A stretch of 64,000 nt of DNA from Paramoeba atlantica. Taxonomy: Eukaryota; Protista; Discosea. Below are positions 1 through 10,700 of the stretch, one piece after another. Position 1 is the stretch's first letter. Every line of letters begins with the position of its first letter. The notes below the pieces were generated by a model, which was not told the origin of the DNA, searched no databases, and worked only from the letters and a program-made list of their open reading frames with translations. The DNA is taken from the NCBI GenBank assembly GCA_977017575.1, contig CDRNVI010000041.1, forward strand, positions 186,001 to 250,000, given 5' to 3'. Both the position numbers and the translations under genes were made by a program.

Positions 1-780
1 CAATCGACACGTCCCGTTCAAAAGCCTAAACCTCATACGTGTGGTTCTTGCTACGGTGCAGAGTCGAACGATTTACAGTGCTGTGAGAGTTGTGAGGACA
101 TAATCCGCGCATATCTCACGAAAGGGTGGATGCCACTTCCTTTGGAACACTACTCACAGTGTGTGACCGAGGTACCGTACACCCACGAGGGCTCCGGTTG
201 TCGCGTCTCGGCTTGCATACCCGTGACACTCCCGAAAGGGAGCCTTCGCATTCACTCGGGACCGATGCGATCGGTAGCGGGTATCACCGTACTGGACGCT
301 CAACTTCATACAAACAACCAACCTGAAAGAGAGGCTCGACCCGATGTGGATGTTCGTCACTCGTTTCACCACCTGAGTTTTGGGGATACGCCAGACACAG
401 TGGCATCCACCATCTCGGGATTTGTTACCCCTGAGTCAGGCCATTCGTATGTGCATCACTATATTCTGCAAGCCGTACGCACGATGTTATGCAACCGCAA
501 CGGTACGGTGTGGAATCACACACAGTACAGTGTAGCGAGGCATGTAAAAGAAATAACGGAGCAGGCACCTCACATTCCTGGAGTTTACCTAAGCTATGAA
601 TTTAGTCCACTACTTCTTCGCGTTACGCAACGCTCGCCGTACCGTAGCATATTCCACTTTCTGCTGTATCTTAGTTCAATTGCTGCCGGGGTTTATGTCG
701 CATTGTCTGTGGTTGAATCTTTGTGTCATTATGGAATGCATCACTGGCGCAAAAAAGCCCAAATTGGGAAGCAAGCCTGA
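1..780 (+). CDS. ERGIC3: ERGIC3/Erv46 COPII vesicle protein, 5' end outside the window
   Basis: Frame is open from base 1: CGSCYGAE..CCESCEDIIRAYLTKGW..YSQC (Erv46 Cys motif). C-terminal GVYLSYEFSPL, a TM segment and a KKxxxGK tail. Confidence 0.9.
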   Translation, partial: QSTRPVQKPKPHTCGSCYGAESNDLQCCESCEDIIRAYLTKGWMPLPLEHYSQCVTEVPYTHEGSGCRVSACIPVTLPKGSLRIHSGPMRSVAGITVLDAQLHTNNQPEREARPDVDVRHSFHHLSFGDTPDTVASTISGFVTPESGHSYVHHYILQAVRTMLCNRNGTVWNHTQYSVARHVKEITEQAPHIPGVYLSYEFSPLLLRVTQRSPYRSIFHFLLYLSSIAAGVYVALSVVESLCHYGMHHWRKKAQIGKQA

Positions 781-1007
781 CCGAGACTGATATAGAATTA
801 TGAAGCTACTCCCCACTTCTTATAGACATGCTTTCTATAAACCAATTCACTTATGACGACAAAAGGTTTAAGCTGTCTTTCATGATATAGCTACTTTGTA
901 GTTACATTGCGTATTTCTTCCATGAAAGATTTTAAGCTTTGACACCTAAGGATTTTACTACAAAGGGATTTGATAGCAAGAGCAAACTACACATTTACAG
1001 AACTTAT

Positions 1008-1406
1008 ATGACTTCAGAAGATTCTTTGCCTAATCAACCTAATGGGCTTCCTATATCTAGCGTAAGATGGAATGAACACATGAGTCAGAACGAGATCGAT
1101 CGAGTTCATCCTCCCGCTTCGACGCAGGAAATGCTGGTCCAGCAAGAAGCACAGATTGAATCTCTTGGCGGGGGTGTACAGCGAGTACGTGAGGCAGCCG
1201 AGGATATTCGCTTCGCTTTAGAAGAGGATGAAGGAGCAAGAAAAGATCTTGAAGGCTCTTTAGATAAATTAATGTCCAAGGTACAAGCTCTGAATCTTCG
1301 AGTGAGCAAGTTTCTTAGTCGGCAATCGACGAAAACGAAGCTAGTTTGTATCATTATTGGTATATTAATACTTACTTTGCTTTTGATTTTTGCTTTACTA
1401 GTCTGA
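1008..1406 (+). CDS. Qc-type t-SNARE (syntaxin 6/8-like)
   Basis: Heptad SNARE helix QQEAQIESLGGGVQRVREAAEDIRFALEEDE followed by a C-terminal hydrophobic anchor; first ATG at 1008. Confidence 0.75.
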   Translation: MTSEDSLPNQPNGLPISSVRWNEHMSQNEIDRVHPPASTQEMLVQQEAQIESLGGGVQRVREAAEDIRFALEEDEGARKDLEGSLDKLMSKVQALNLRVSKFLSRQSTKTKLVCIIIGILILTLLLIFALLV

Positions 1407-1932
1407 CATTTGCGTAAACGGTTTATCTATCACTGCATACTAATCTGTACTTGCACAAGCCGCATAAAATGTGAGATGCAGGAATGGTCAGTAAAGCTCT
1501 AACATGATCTTTTTTGACTCAATCCTCGCTATAATGGAGACGTCGTGACCGCACGCATTTAATTGGTGCTTACACACTTACATTGTATGATCAGACATAA
1601 CGAAATCATAAATAGTCAGCGCAAGATAATATAATTGTCTTCCTAGGTAATATCATCTTTCAAGATAATATTATCTAGTACATGCAGTATTTTCATCATG
1701 TAGTTCTACATGTATCTTCCTCACGCTTCAATGCTATTAATTATCAACAAAGCGACGCCGGGCTTGGAACCGGTATCTAGCGTGTTTACGTAGGTGGTAA
1801 TAATGCATGTTTTACACACTGTATGTACTACTCTACATAAGACGATTGACTACCTAAGAAGGCTACATAAGAAAGATTGAACATTGACTCTTAAGCATTA
1901 TCAATTCATTGTATTCTCTACTTTTTTGGAGC

Positions 1933-2640
1933 ATGAGCTTATTGGACCAATTTCAAGTTCCTGTCAAAAAAACAGAGTCGAACAGCATGCACTTAACATT
2001 TTCATTGAAGCTCAAAAAAGTATTACGTGGCGCATATAATGCGGCAGTAGAGGAAAGCTGCATACCATTTACTCAGAATTCGACTAAGTGTGAAGGAAAA
2101 GATAGGCATTTTAACGTGCAGATGCAAAGGGCTCCATACGTATCTGTCACTGATGTTCTGGAAGAGTGGTATGAACAAATGATACGACAAGCTGAAGCTT
2201 GCACAATTCGCAGTGTTATATGTTTCTTGAAGGAACTTTTGTTCTTTACGCTTCCCAATTCTTTGGCAAGCACGTCGGCTGAACAAAGATATTTTGCAAG
2301 TTTCATTGACACTACCCATTTACATACAGCACGGCACGGTCAAAGTAAGTCACAAAAAGGGGAGAAACACAAAAGAAGCGTAGACAAGGACATGAGTTCC
2401 GAAGCACAAGAATACAAGTGTAGCGTTGAGGCAGAGAAAGTGGCGACACTTGCTCCCGTTGAGTATCTTGTTCGCTTAATCTCCCTTCTGCCCCATATTC
2501 TAAAGAAGTACGCCTCTTTTTATGGTACTCTACCCGTCGGCACGCACTCAGGTCTAGAGCAGTGTTTGCAGTCACTATTAGATTATCTGGGGACAAGCGT
2601 CCAATTTTTGTCTCGGGATAAATATCAGGATATTAGTTAA
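1933..2640 (+). CDS. MRG-domain chromatin protein (MRG15/Eaf3-like, no chromodomain seen)
   Basis: LKLKKVL..SVTDVLEEW..LKELLFFTL..APVEYLVRLISLLP..LQSLLDYL follows the MRG domain pattern. Confidence 0.65.
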   Translation: MSLLDQFQVPVKKTESNSMHLTFSLKLKKVLRGAYNAAVEESCIPFTQNSTKCEGKDRHFNVQMQRAPYVSVTDVLEEWYEQMIRQAEACTIRSVICFLKELLFFTLPNSLASTSAEQRYFASFIDTTHLHTARHGQSKSQKGEKHKRSVDKDMSSEAQEYKCSVEAEKVATLAPVEYLVRLISLLPHILKKYASFYGTLPVGTHSGLEQCLQSLLDYLGTSVQFLSRDKYQDIS

Positions 2641-2859
2641 GGCGAATGACCTTGTGTTTGTTTTTGGTGCTACTTCTTCAGCTTTCCAAAAAGCAAAAAA
2701 CTCTCATAAAAATAGTACTGTATCAAAAATCGGTGGATTCTCAGCCGTTTGATTGATCAGCATCACAATGCCTTTTTCTGGAGCTCTGGACGTCGGCTGT
2801 ATTTCCCCGAATGATCAGAACATGCCCCCACTATTCGAAAAATATGCTATTAAACCCTG

Positions 2860-3141
2860 TTCCGGGTTAATGTGCCTATAGCCAATTATTGTACCGGCGG
2901 GGGCACAATAAGTCGGAACGACCGCTATTATTGTGCCCCCCCGACAGAAAAGAGGTGACCAAGCAGTTTTCGCCACTGCTGCCGACCAGGCACGTACGAT
3001 ATTGCGGTAGTCAAAGCACTATTTAAGTCAAAAAAATCACCACATAGCTTGCACTTTTCAGAGGTATTTTTGTCCATGATAGTAAACCCTTTTATGATGG
3101 CTAGTTATTGTGCCGGGGGGGGGGGGCACAATAACCCGGAA
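2860..3141. mobile_element. Decayed MITE-like element
   Basis: 17-bp inverted termini TTCCGGGTTA(A/T)TGTGCC at 2860-2876 and 3125-3141, with about five internal TTATTGT(G/A)CC / GGCACAATAA motifs. Confidence 0.45.
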
Positions 3142-3552
3142 TGCTGGTAGTAAATATGCCATCAATAAATCTTACACGAAATCAGATCATTTTGCTGGCC
3201 ATGATAGAATGTGAACTTGTGTTAGTAATCCCCCATTTCTCTATATGGCTATTTACATGTGAATAGAACTCGAATAAACATACTTGAATTTATATTCTAA
3301 TTATATTTGTAGGACTATTATTCCCATATTTACAAGTGATAAAATTTTGAACATGTATTTAAAACCCATTCGTAAGTATATTGAGTGGAAGGCCTATATT
3401 AGGAAACGGCCGTATTTTATTTATAAGAATGTTTATCTACAAGAAGTGGAAACTGGTGTGTTTTCGAATATAAAAGTGCGTTTATTTAGAATCCAAGTTT
3501 CTTAATATTCTTTTCTATACTACATTATATCAATGCCAAATTGGGTTCTAAA

Positions 3553-3610
3553 TACAGTCCAGGTATTGGTTTCCCCCCCCAGGCTCCTGAGCACACCGTA
3601 AGAGCTTTTG
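3553..3610 (+). mobile_element. Tc1-like terminal inverted repeat, family B (TA-CAGTCCAG)
   Basis: TACAGTCCAGGTATTGGTTTCCCCCCCAGGCT aligns with the reverse complement of 28520-28571. The TA+CAGT start is typical of Tc1/mariner. Confidence 0.5.
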
Positions 3611-3788
3611 ACCTAATTCCTTCGGCATTCAACAGATCTCGAAAAAGTAGAGCGTTTCCCGTCGTTTGTTTGCCCATCACCCCCCCTGGGTTCTGGGTGG
3701 GTGTGATCAAAGATGGCAAATTTCAAAAAAAAGAAAATGTTTTTGAAGGGAGGTAAAAAATGACAAAAAAGGTGTATGAATTCCTATA

Positions 3789-4323
3789 TTAATACCCACA
3801 ATGGTCTCCTTGAACGCTCTGCACTATTCGCAAGCGTTTAGGTACTGAATTTATGCAATTTAAGACTTGGCGTCGATAAGGATGACGCTTAAGCATCATG
3901 AAGGCTTTCTTTATTGCCTTCCGGAGCTGTGTTTCAGTCTCTGGCTTCAGAATTTCTTTTACAATTCGGTCCATTATTGACCAAACATTCTCGATCGGAT
4001 TGAGCTCAGGAGAGAGTGCTGGCCACTCCAATCGAGTAATTCCTTTTTCGAAAAGGACACGCTTCGTTTTGTTATGCGTGGCCGCATTGTCCATTTGCAC
4101 AATCGCTTGTTCTCTATTTTCAACTAAATATTCAAGAATACCCCCCCTTTTTGAAAAACACTCAACAAGAATCGTTTCACCCTTCACGGAACTTGCATCC
4201 CTAATTTTTTTATGTATTCCACCAGAGGGCTATGTGAGAGCTCTCGAATGCGCTATTATTTTCTAAAATTGGCCATGTATTAAAATTTTTAGATCCCCCC
4301 AGAGCGAGCTAATCCCCCCTGTA
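3789..4323 (-). mobile_element. Internally deleted Tc1/mariner element: DDE_3 transposase C-terminal fragment (3789-4187) plus 5' TIR (TA-CAGGGGGG at 4323-4314)
   Basis: QMDNAATH..LEWPALSPELNPIENVW is the Tc1 catalytic signature. The frame is closed by TAG about 45 nt upstream and no N-terminal HTH is seen. The TIR region is homologous to 42106-42195. Confidence 0.85.
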
Positions 4324-4422
4324 TCTTGTCATTTAAAAGGCACTACAAACTTGCTTCTGATTTTTTAGCGGATATCATGGCATAGGGGATTGTTTTTTAT
4401 AGTCCGAGTACACCACTTATCT

Positions 4423-5208
4423 ATGTCCAATAAGCTTAGTGTCCTCTTTGCCAAAACAGATAAAAAGAAGGCCAAGGCCGGCGTTGGAGATTCAGTGACC
4501 CGTAGAGATGCTTTTTCAGGTGAGTCGTCTTTTTCACAATCCAGTGTATCGATACACCTTGACGAACCTTCTGATATTCAGGTTATTGAAAAGGAAGCTG
4601 TACATTCTCCAATTGAGCATGCAAGCCCCAGTGATAGTGAGCCTCTGGATGATGTTATATCCGCATTGCAAGTCGACTCTGGTCCTAAGCTCTTTCGTGC
4701 TCGTGGTGGTCAAACCTCTGAGGCCCGCATGGACGCTATAAATTGGCCTGCATTGGGCTACACAGAAAGTAGGGCAAACAAACCTAAGAACATACGAAAG
4801 AATGAGGGAAATCAGATGAGAAACGCTTCTGGGACTGACGCAGAGCTCGTGCTATCTCGAACCCTCCAAGAAGAGCTGAGATATGATTCACCTGTAGGGG
4901 TTCAAGAGGGAAAAACCCACATCACAGCCCCTGTTGTATCCCCATCGGGGTCTGCTAAAGGAAAGTATGTGCCACCTAGCCAGAGACAGTCAGGAAATAA
5001 TACCGGAGCAATTGAATCGGCGAGCTGTGATAAAAACGAATATGCAAAGAAAAGGGCATCTCTTTCAGCAGAACACGGGACCAAACACCAGGAAAATGTA
5101 TCTGCTTTACCATTAAACTTAAAGTTGGCGTCCAATGATTCTACTTCGGGATCAGGACGTCCGAAGTATATTTCTCCAAGTCAAAGGCAAGTGACACAAC
5201 ATCTCTAG
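4423..5208 (+). CDS. Low-complexity hypothetical protein, possibly CDV3-like
   Basis: 262-codon ORF in cluster orientation. N-terminus LSVLFAKTDKKKAK recalls CDV3; NWPALG and two KY(V/I)(P/S)PSQR motifs. Confidence 0.5.
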   Translation: MSNKLSVLFAKTDKKKAKAGVGDSVTRRDAFSGESSFSQSSVSIHLDEPSDIQVIEKEAVHSPIEHASPSDSEPLDDVISALQVDSGPKLFRARGGQTSEARMDAINWPALGYTESRANKPKNIRKNEGNQMRNASGTDAELVLSRTLQEELRYDSPVGVQEGKTHITAPVVSPSGSAKGKYVPPSQRQSGNNTGAIESASCDKNEYAKKRASLSAEHGTKHQENVSALPLNLKLASNDSTSGSGRPKYISPSQRQVTQHL

Positions 5209-5441
5209 AAGGCGCACTTGCTTTTCACGAGTTTATTCTGCGCACCATGGGCTTATAGACTTTACTTGTATCTGATTTCCTATGTCGATTCAACATAGAA
5301 CATTGTCCACGGACAGAATCCCCTACACACATACATGAGTTTTTATTACATTTCTCGCATTACAAGAATAATAGCTTCTTTTCGGATCACTTGTTAGCCA
5401 ATATTTGTCTGGTTACACAACTACTGCGCTACCCTTGATTA

Positions 5442-6000
5442 TTGCGGTGGTTGTATAACTACCGCTCTACCCTCGATTATTGCAAAAAAAGTAAACAAAA
5501 ACAGTGAAAATATAAAGAGAAACACAGTAATATAATAGTCTATTATAGAAGAAAAAAATATAAAAGGGGGCTCCGGTGATCCAAAATTGAAAAAAAAATT
5601 GAAAAAAATGGGGGGTCTAGGGGGGGTCCACGGGGGGGGCATACATCGCGAATTTTTTCCGAATTTTTTGCTTTTCGAAATCAAGCGCGGGGAAGTGGTA
5701 GAGTAGGCTGCGGCGATAATTTTCCACCCCCCCCCTGGGGGTACCACCCCCTGGTACGCGCAGGAGGGGTCCGACAAGGTCAAAAATTCCGAAATTTTTG
5801 GGGTGACCAAAAAAAAAATTGACCCGAAAAAAGGTAAAAATAATATTTTTCCAAAGTCGACTCCTAAAACGCGTTTTAAGAGGTATGGACCTCAGCTACC
5901 ATTCTACGACGTTTTTTTCGTCAGATTCGCCTCCTTCCCCTACTGGCAACGCATCAAAAACGGCCCAATTCGGGTTGAAATTTAAAAAACAATCCATTTT
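5442..6000 (-). mobile_element. Dispersed copy of hairpin-ended repeat R (subfamily R2)
   Basis: Starts A|TTGCGGTGGTTGTATAACTACCGC, the same terminus as at 39141, 42620 and 63651. Interior matches 40420-41050. Confidence 0.85.
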
Positions 6001-6044
6001 TTAAACACTACCCCCCTATCCCACCGTTGCCTCGGTAACCCCCC

Positions 6045-6104
6045 TCATTAGAGGTGCTTTTTAAGCAACGTTTAAGAGCGTTGCTTAAAAAGCACCGCTA
6101 ATGA
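6045..6104. repeat. 26-bp inverted repeat with 8-nt loop
   Basis: TCATTAGAGGTGCTTTTTAAGCAACG ... CGTTGCTTAAAAAGCACCGCTAATGA, one mismatch. Confidence 0.9.
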
Positions 6105-6841
6105 AAGCAGTAACAAAACCTTCAGCGCAGTAAGAAAAGAAGAGCGCAGTAACAAAACCTTCAACGTCAAGCAAACGCGTTTCACGAAACGACTAAAATA
6201 GAAAAAATATTTGTTTACTGCTACCCTCCACGCATTCGTCGTAGCTCAACCCCCCCTACTTAGATGATAGAAACCTGTCAAGTTTGGCTGATTTTTGGCT
6301 TTACTATTGATTTTTTACCGTTCGGTTTTTTGTCATTTACCATTTAGTTTTTACCATTTAATTTTCTTTCGTAATAGTAAAGATTTTCGATGAATTATTT
6401 TTTGAATTTTTGGTACCACCCACTTACACGGTACATACTTACACGGTACATACTTACATAGGGCCGTTTGACTAAAACCTGCGGCACTATAAGTGGGGGG
6501 CACAGTATATCGCTTTGCAGGGTAAAGTATTTATGCCTAAATTCAAATATCAATCTTTATGATGAATTGGACAAACTAAGAAGACGAGTCTAATGTGTTA
6601 CACATACACATATGACGTATCATTGAGTCCATCGGCTACCAATGACTGATTTTAATAAACAAAGTATACTTGATGTGATACATATTTTTCATCTTTACTA
6701 TCTACCTGAAACTTTTCACCTCGTAACACGGTAGCTGACTACGTTTTAAACCGTTTAGAATCCTATACTCTTCCCTATAAACTTCGCTCCTTTTTTTCAC
6801 CCTATCTTTCCCTTTCTCTCTCTGTCTCCCTCCCCTTTCCC

Positions 6842-7513
6842 ATGACCCTCTCCCCCCCTCCCCCCTCCCCAACAAACCCAACACAACCACAACCCCCACC
6901 ACCCCAGCCCCCCTCCCCCCACCCCCCTCCCTCCCTCTCCCCCCTCCCCCCTCTCCCCCTCCAACACCCCCTCCCCTTCCCCTGTACCCTCTGGCACCAC
7001 CACCGACCCCCGCTCGTACCCCCCAACACCCCCTCCCCTATCTCCTCATCCTCTCCCCCCCCCTCCTCCCACGACTTCCTCCACCACCTCCACCCCCTGC
7101 TCGACCTCCACACCGTCGAGCAGTTCTGGTCCCTCCACCCCCGGCTGCTCCCCCCCTCCCGCCTCCCCTGCGGCACCGACCGCTTCGTGTTCGCCCAGCA
7201 CGTCCCGCCGACGTGGGAGCACGAGCGCAACCGCCGCGGGGGGGAGTACGTGTGGCGCGTGGCCAAGGGGCACACCGACCGCGCGTGGGAGGCCGCGCTG
7301 GTGGGGTTCCTGCGGCACGGGCTCGGGGCGCGCCCCGGGGAGGTGTGCGGGGTGGGGGTGTCGGTGCGGCGGCGGGTGGATGTGGTGCGGGTGTGGGTGG
7401 GGTCGGGGGACGCGGTGGGGAGGGTGGTGGAGGGGATGCGGGGGGAGGGGGGGTGGGCGAGGGAGGCGGTGGTGTCGGAGGAGTTTAAGAGGCACAGGGT
7501 GGAGGGAGGTTAG
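6842..7513 (+). CDS. eIF4E-family cap-binding protein with Pro-rich N-terminus
   Basis: HPL..TLW, TVEQFWSL, PPSRLPCGTD, PTWEH..NRRGG, DRAWE, VCGVGVSVR and VRVW reproduce the eIF4E Trp pattern. Confidence 0.85.
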   Translation: MTLSPPPPSPTNPTQPQPPPPQPPSPHPPPSLSPLPPLPLQHPLPFPCTLWHHHRPPLVPPNTPSPISSSSPPPSSHDFLHHLHPLLDLHTVEQFWSLHPRLLPPSRLPCGTDRFVFAQHVPPTWEHERNRRGGEYVWRVAKGHTDRAWEAALVGFLRHGLGARPGEVCGVGVSVRRRVDVVRVWVGSGDAVGRVVEGMRGEGGWAREAVVSEEFKRHRVEGG

Positions 7514-7791
7514 GGGGTGTGATGGGGGTGGGGTGGCGGAAGAGAGGAAATGCGGGGGTTTGAAAAGTGAAGAGAGCATGGTGTTGTAGTGTTTTTTCGC
7601 TTATATTGCAGAGATCATGGTGTTGTATGGTTTTTCCCTCAAATTTTCATTCGTTTGGGAACATTTTACCATTTTTTAATCAATGAATCCTTTTATCAAT
7701 ACATTTGTATTTCAAGTTTGGTGTATTTCAATGTATTTCAAGTTTGGTAGGGAGTAAAAAAGCACACGTTTCCTTTTTTTCTTCAAAATAC

Positions 7792-8214
7792 ATGCAACCC
7801 ATTTCCCAGGACACCTACCGACTGGTGTTTCCCTCTGTGGACCCTCAAAAGCTCCGGGCCTGTCGTGAGTGTCGTCTGATCCTCCCCCTCGAGAGCTTTC
7901 GGCGTCAGGGATGCGTGAACTGTAATCTACGGGAAGGAACTGTTGGTATCACCCGGGGTTATAACACACGTATGCTGGAGCGACGTGTTACCTCACACTT
8001 TGATGGAACACTTGCACTGATGAACCCAAAGGGGTCCTGGGTGGCCTCCAGTGTGGGGTTGCAGCAGCAGTGCGCGACTCCCGGGCTCTACGCCATGCGA
8101 CTGCTGACCCAGGATGAGGGAAGCGACAGTGAGAGTGTTGCAGGCTCCAGTGATACGTATGAGGATGAGATGATAGCCGCTTCGGAGGGTGGGGAGGAGG
8201 AAGTCGTTGCGTAG
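7792..8214 (+). CDS. SPT4: Transcription elongation factor SPT4
   Basis: LRACRECRLI..F..QGCVNC..TSHFDGTLALMNPKGSWVA..PGLYAM, plus an acidic tail. Confidence 0.9.
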   Translation: MQPISQDTYRLVFPSVDPQKLRACRECRLILPLESFRRQGCVNCNLREGTVGITRGYNTRMLERRVTSHFDGTLALMNPKGSWVASSVGLQQQCATPGLYAMRLLTQDEGSDSESVAGSSDTYEDEMIAASEGGEEEVVA

Positions 8215-8598
8215 AAATACGGACGTTTTTAAGGACACAACTTTAAGTACGCCACAATAACGATATTCCACGACATTCCACCACGTCATATGGTACGTAC
8301 TATGTGGCACTCAAGGTGCAGAAAAGTTCTTTCGAGCTCTGTTTATTCTCCCCGTGTTACGGTGTCGATTTCAAACGTTTTGCACTTCGTTCGAAGATCG
8401 GTAGGATTAGTGTCCCAAGTCATTTATCTGGAGGTTATATCCGGCTTCATGGTGGTATTCGAATTAAAATCTTCACATTCAAGTTCAAGTTTTCTGTAAA
8501 ATTTGCTATCGGTTCAATATATTCGTTACGTGTACAGAGAAATCGCATACTGTATGTAGTTCGAGATCAATCTAAATTACTGTATTTCTTTGATAAAC

Positions 8599-9666
8599 AT
8601 GATGGACGAAGAGCTTTCTGATTTAGATTGGTTGGAGGATGCTACTCCCCTTGATTCTGTTCTCTGTTCTGAGACCCATGTGAGTTCAGATGACGAGGCT
8701 TCGCCCTCTACTTCCGAGGATCTCTCCCTACTTGCGATGGCAAAAGTAAGGCTTGGAGCTGCTCAGCTTGCGCCGGAGGAAGGATCTATTCAAAAATCAT
8801 CAAACCCCACGAAAACACGAAAGCGAGACATTGCGAAGAGAGAGAAGACTCAGAAAAACAGGAAAATGAGCGTCGAAGAAGAAGAATTACTAGACGTCAC
8901 CTCCTTAAGGGATGAGGACCTTGTGACTCCTCATGCCGCAGGCGTTTCGGGACCTTTAAACGAAATGACGACTACATCCTCAGGTTCGGAAATGGCAAGG
9001 AAAACTGCCCGAACGTTACCCAATGTTACGCTTTCGCGTATCCCGGATCGTACCTTCCCGCCCAACACCCCTGACTCCGGAATCGATAAAGAGAATTCAC
9101 CCTCTTATCTCACCTGCGTCCGCAGTATTTTACAGGAACATAAAGAGCAACGTCGATCGGCACGTACAGATTGGATGAAACGAACACTCTCGCATGTGTG
9201 TGAGTCCGAGGCTGTAGCCCTGGAGGGTTCGAAAAAGGCGGTGGTGTGGGCTAATGAAACTGTGCCGGATGAAAATACATTTAGCCTAGAGGACGCGATA
9301 TCCGAAAACCCGGTCGTTGAAGATGTTGAGGGGGAAGACGACGAGAATGAGACTCGTCCACCAGCGTGGATGTTTTCGATAACAACAAAATCAAGACCAG
9401 AGCCCTGGACGCTGGACGAGAAGCGACGGTACATCGACTGCATTCAGCAATTCGGAATGGATTTCTCGATAATTAATTACATGTTCCCCGGGCGTTCTCG
9501 GAAGGAAATGAGGCGCATGTACCGCGCTATGCAGCGCGCAAACCCTCAGCTTCTCACCCGCCTTTTGTCGACAAGGAAAGCAAGCATTACTCCTGAAGAG
9601 TTTGAAGAATGGAAGGCGAAGAGTAATGCCACAAGAAATTTCTCGGGGAATAGAGCACAATTTTGA
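8599..9666 (+). CDS. BDP1: TFIIIB subunit B''/BDP1-like SANT protein
   Basis: C-terminal PWTLDEKRRYIDCIQQFGMDFSIINYMFPGRSRKEMRRMYRAMQRANP matches the BDP1 SANT domain; acidic N-terminus. Confidence 0.75.
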   Translation: MMDEELSDLDWLEDATPLDSVLCSETHVSSDDEASPSTSEDLSLLAMAKVRLGAAQLAPEEGSIQKSSNPTKTRKRDIAKREKTQKNRKMSVEEEELLDVTSLRDEDLVTPHAAGVSGPLNEMTTTSSGSEMARKTARTLPNVTLSRIPDRTFPPNTPDSGIDKENSPSYLTCVRSILQEHKEQRRSARTDWMKRTLSHVCESEAVALEGSKKAVVWANETVPDENTFSLEDAISENPVVEDVEGEDDENETRPPAWMFSITTKSRPEPWTLDEKRRYIDCIQQFGMDFSIINYMFPGRSRKEMRRMYRAMQRANPQLLTRLLSTRKASITPEEFEEWKAKSNATRNFSGNRAQF

Positions 9667-9872
9667 TTAGAGTGCAAGTTTGAGTAGACTACGACTTTGA
9701 ACGGAGCACAAGTTCTGTTGAATGTCTTCTTCGCTGATGTTTCCACTAACTGTAGGATTGCGACTACGTTCTCATCTTATTCGTACATGTAACTGTATTC
9801 AAAGTAAGAGTTAGCTGTTCAAAGTTAATAATCTGAGCATCTTAAGTGATTCCCTACTCTTGTTCTAAAGAT

Positions 9873-10700
9873 ATGAATGCATTGAAGGAGAGATATGCTA
9901 CATGCCTGCAAGAATTCTCTCCTGAAGAAACAAATTTTAGGGACTTAATCGTGTGTCAGAAAAAATATTTGGAGCTCTTGGACGAATTAAACAGCTATGA
10001 TAGCATGCAAAGGGATGTTTTTCTTCACCTCTTACGACCCTTGTATCGGAAGTCAAACGCCTTGTTGTCGAAATACAAAAGAGAAGAATTGTTAAAGCTC
10101 TCATCGAAAAAATCCGAAAGCCATGCGGTGGATGACAGAACGACACCCTCTGCATTCTCGCACGAAGCTCAGCGAGTGATCGAGAGAGAAGTCGCGCGTG
10201 CGGAGACCAGTCTTCGAACGCTCGAAGAGGGTGGCGACCTCATTCGAGGCGTGCACCACAGCTACGGCGTGTATGATGCAACCGCCCGACACACCCAGCA
10301 AGCACTCCGGGGACTGCAGCGTGTGTGGAGGAGCGATGCTCTATTGTTAAGGTACAGCATTTTCCTGTTTGTGATGGTGTGTGCCCATGTGTGGCTCTCT
10401 CGTCTCCGTTTGTACCGCTCAATGTATTACGTAGTGTGGGGTGCATACATAGGAATCATGCAACTTTGTTTTTGGTTGCATAAGCATGTGATTAAGAGTG
10501 AAATTATTACCGCACTGTTCGCACAGTTTCACGTTACTTTCAACATGCGTATTTCAGGTGCAAATAGAACTTCAAATGCAATGAATCACAGGGACGAGTG
10601 GAATTTTCAATTAGAGGCGAAACCGAACACCTCAACGCATACTCCAAGCGCGTCAAATGAAACTTTTCGAGAATTACGTAAAAGTAACATCGAACTTTAG
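9873..10700 (+). CDS. SEC20: SEC20/BNIP1-like ER SNARE
   Basis: QRVIEREVARAETSLRTLEEGGDLIRGVHHSY..LQRVWRSDALLLRYSIFLFVMV follows the Sec20 helix plus TM pattern. Confidence 0.72.
   Translation: MNALKERYATCLQEFSPEETNFRDLIVCQKKYLELLDELNSYDSMQRDVFLHLLRPLYRKSNALLSKYKREELLKLSSKKSESHAVDDRTTPSAFSHEAQRVIEREVARAETSLRTLEEGGDLIRGVHHSYGVYDATARHTQQALRGLQRVWRSDALLLRYSIFLFVMVCAHVWLSRLRLYRSMYYVVWGAYIGIMQLCFWLHKHVIKSEIITALFAQFHVTFNMRISGANRTSNAMNHRDEWNFQLEAKPNTSTHTPSASNETFRELRKSNIEL

Noticed and set aside
1750-1800. tRNA-like B-box on the - strand (GGTTCCAAGCC)
   Set aside because: T-stem pairs poorly and no acceptor, D or anticodon arms could be built.
3525-3719. Possible additional transposase segment (NPGGVMG)
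   Set aside because: Lies downstream of the DDE fragment, in the wrong order, and overlaps a TIR; resemblance is too weak.
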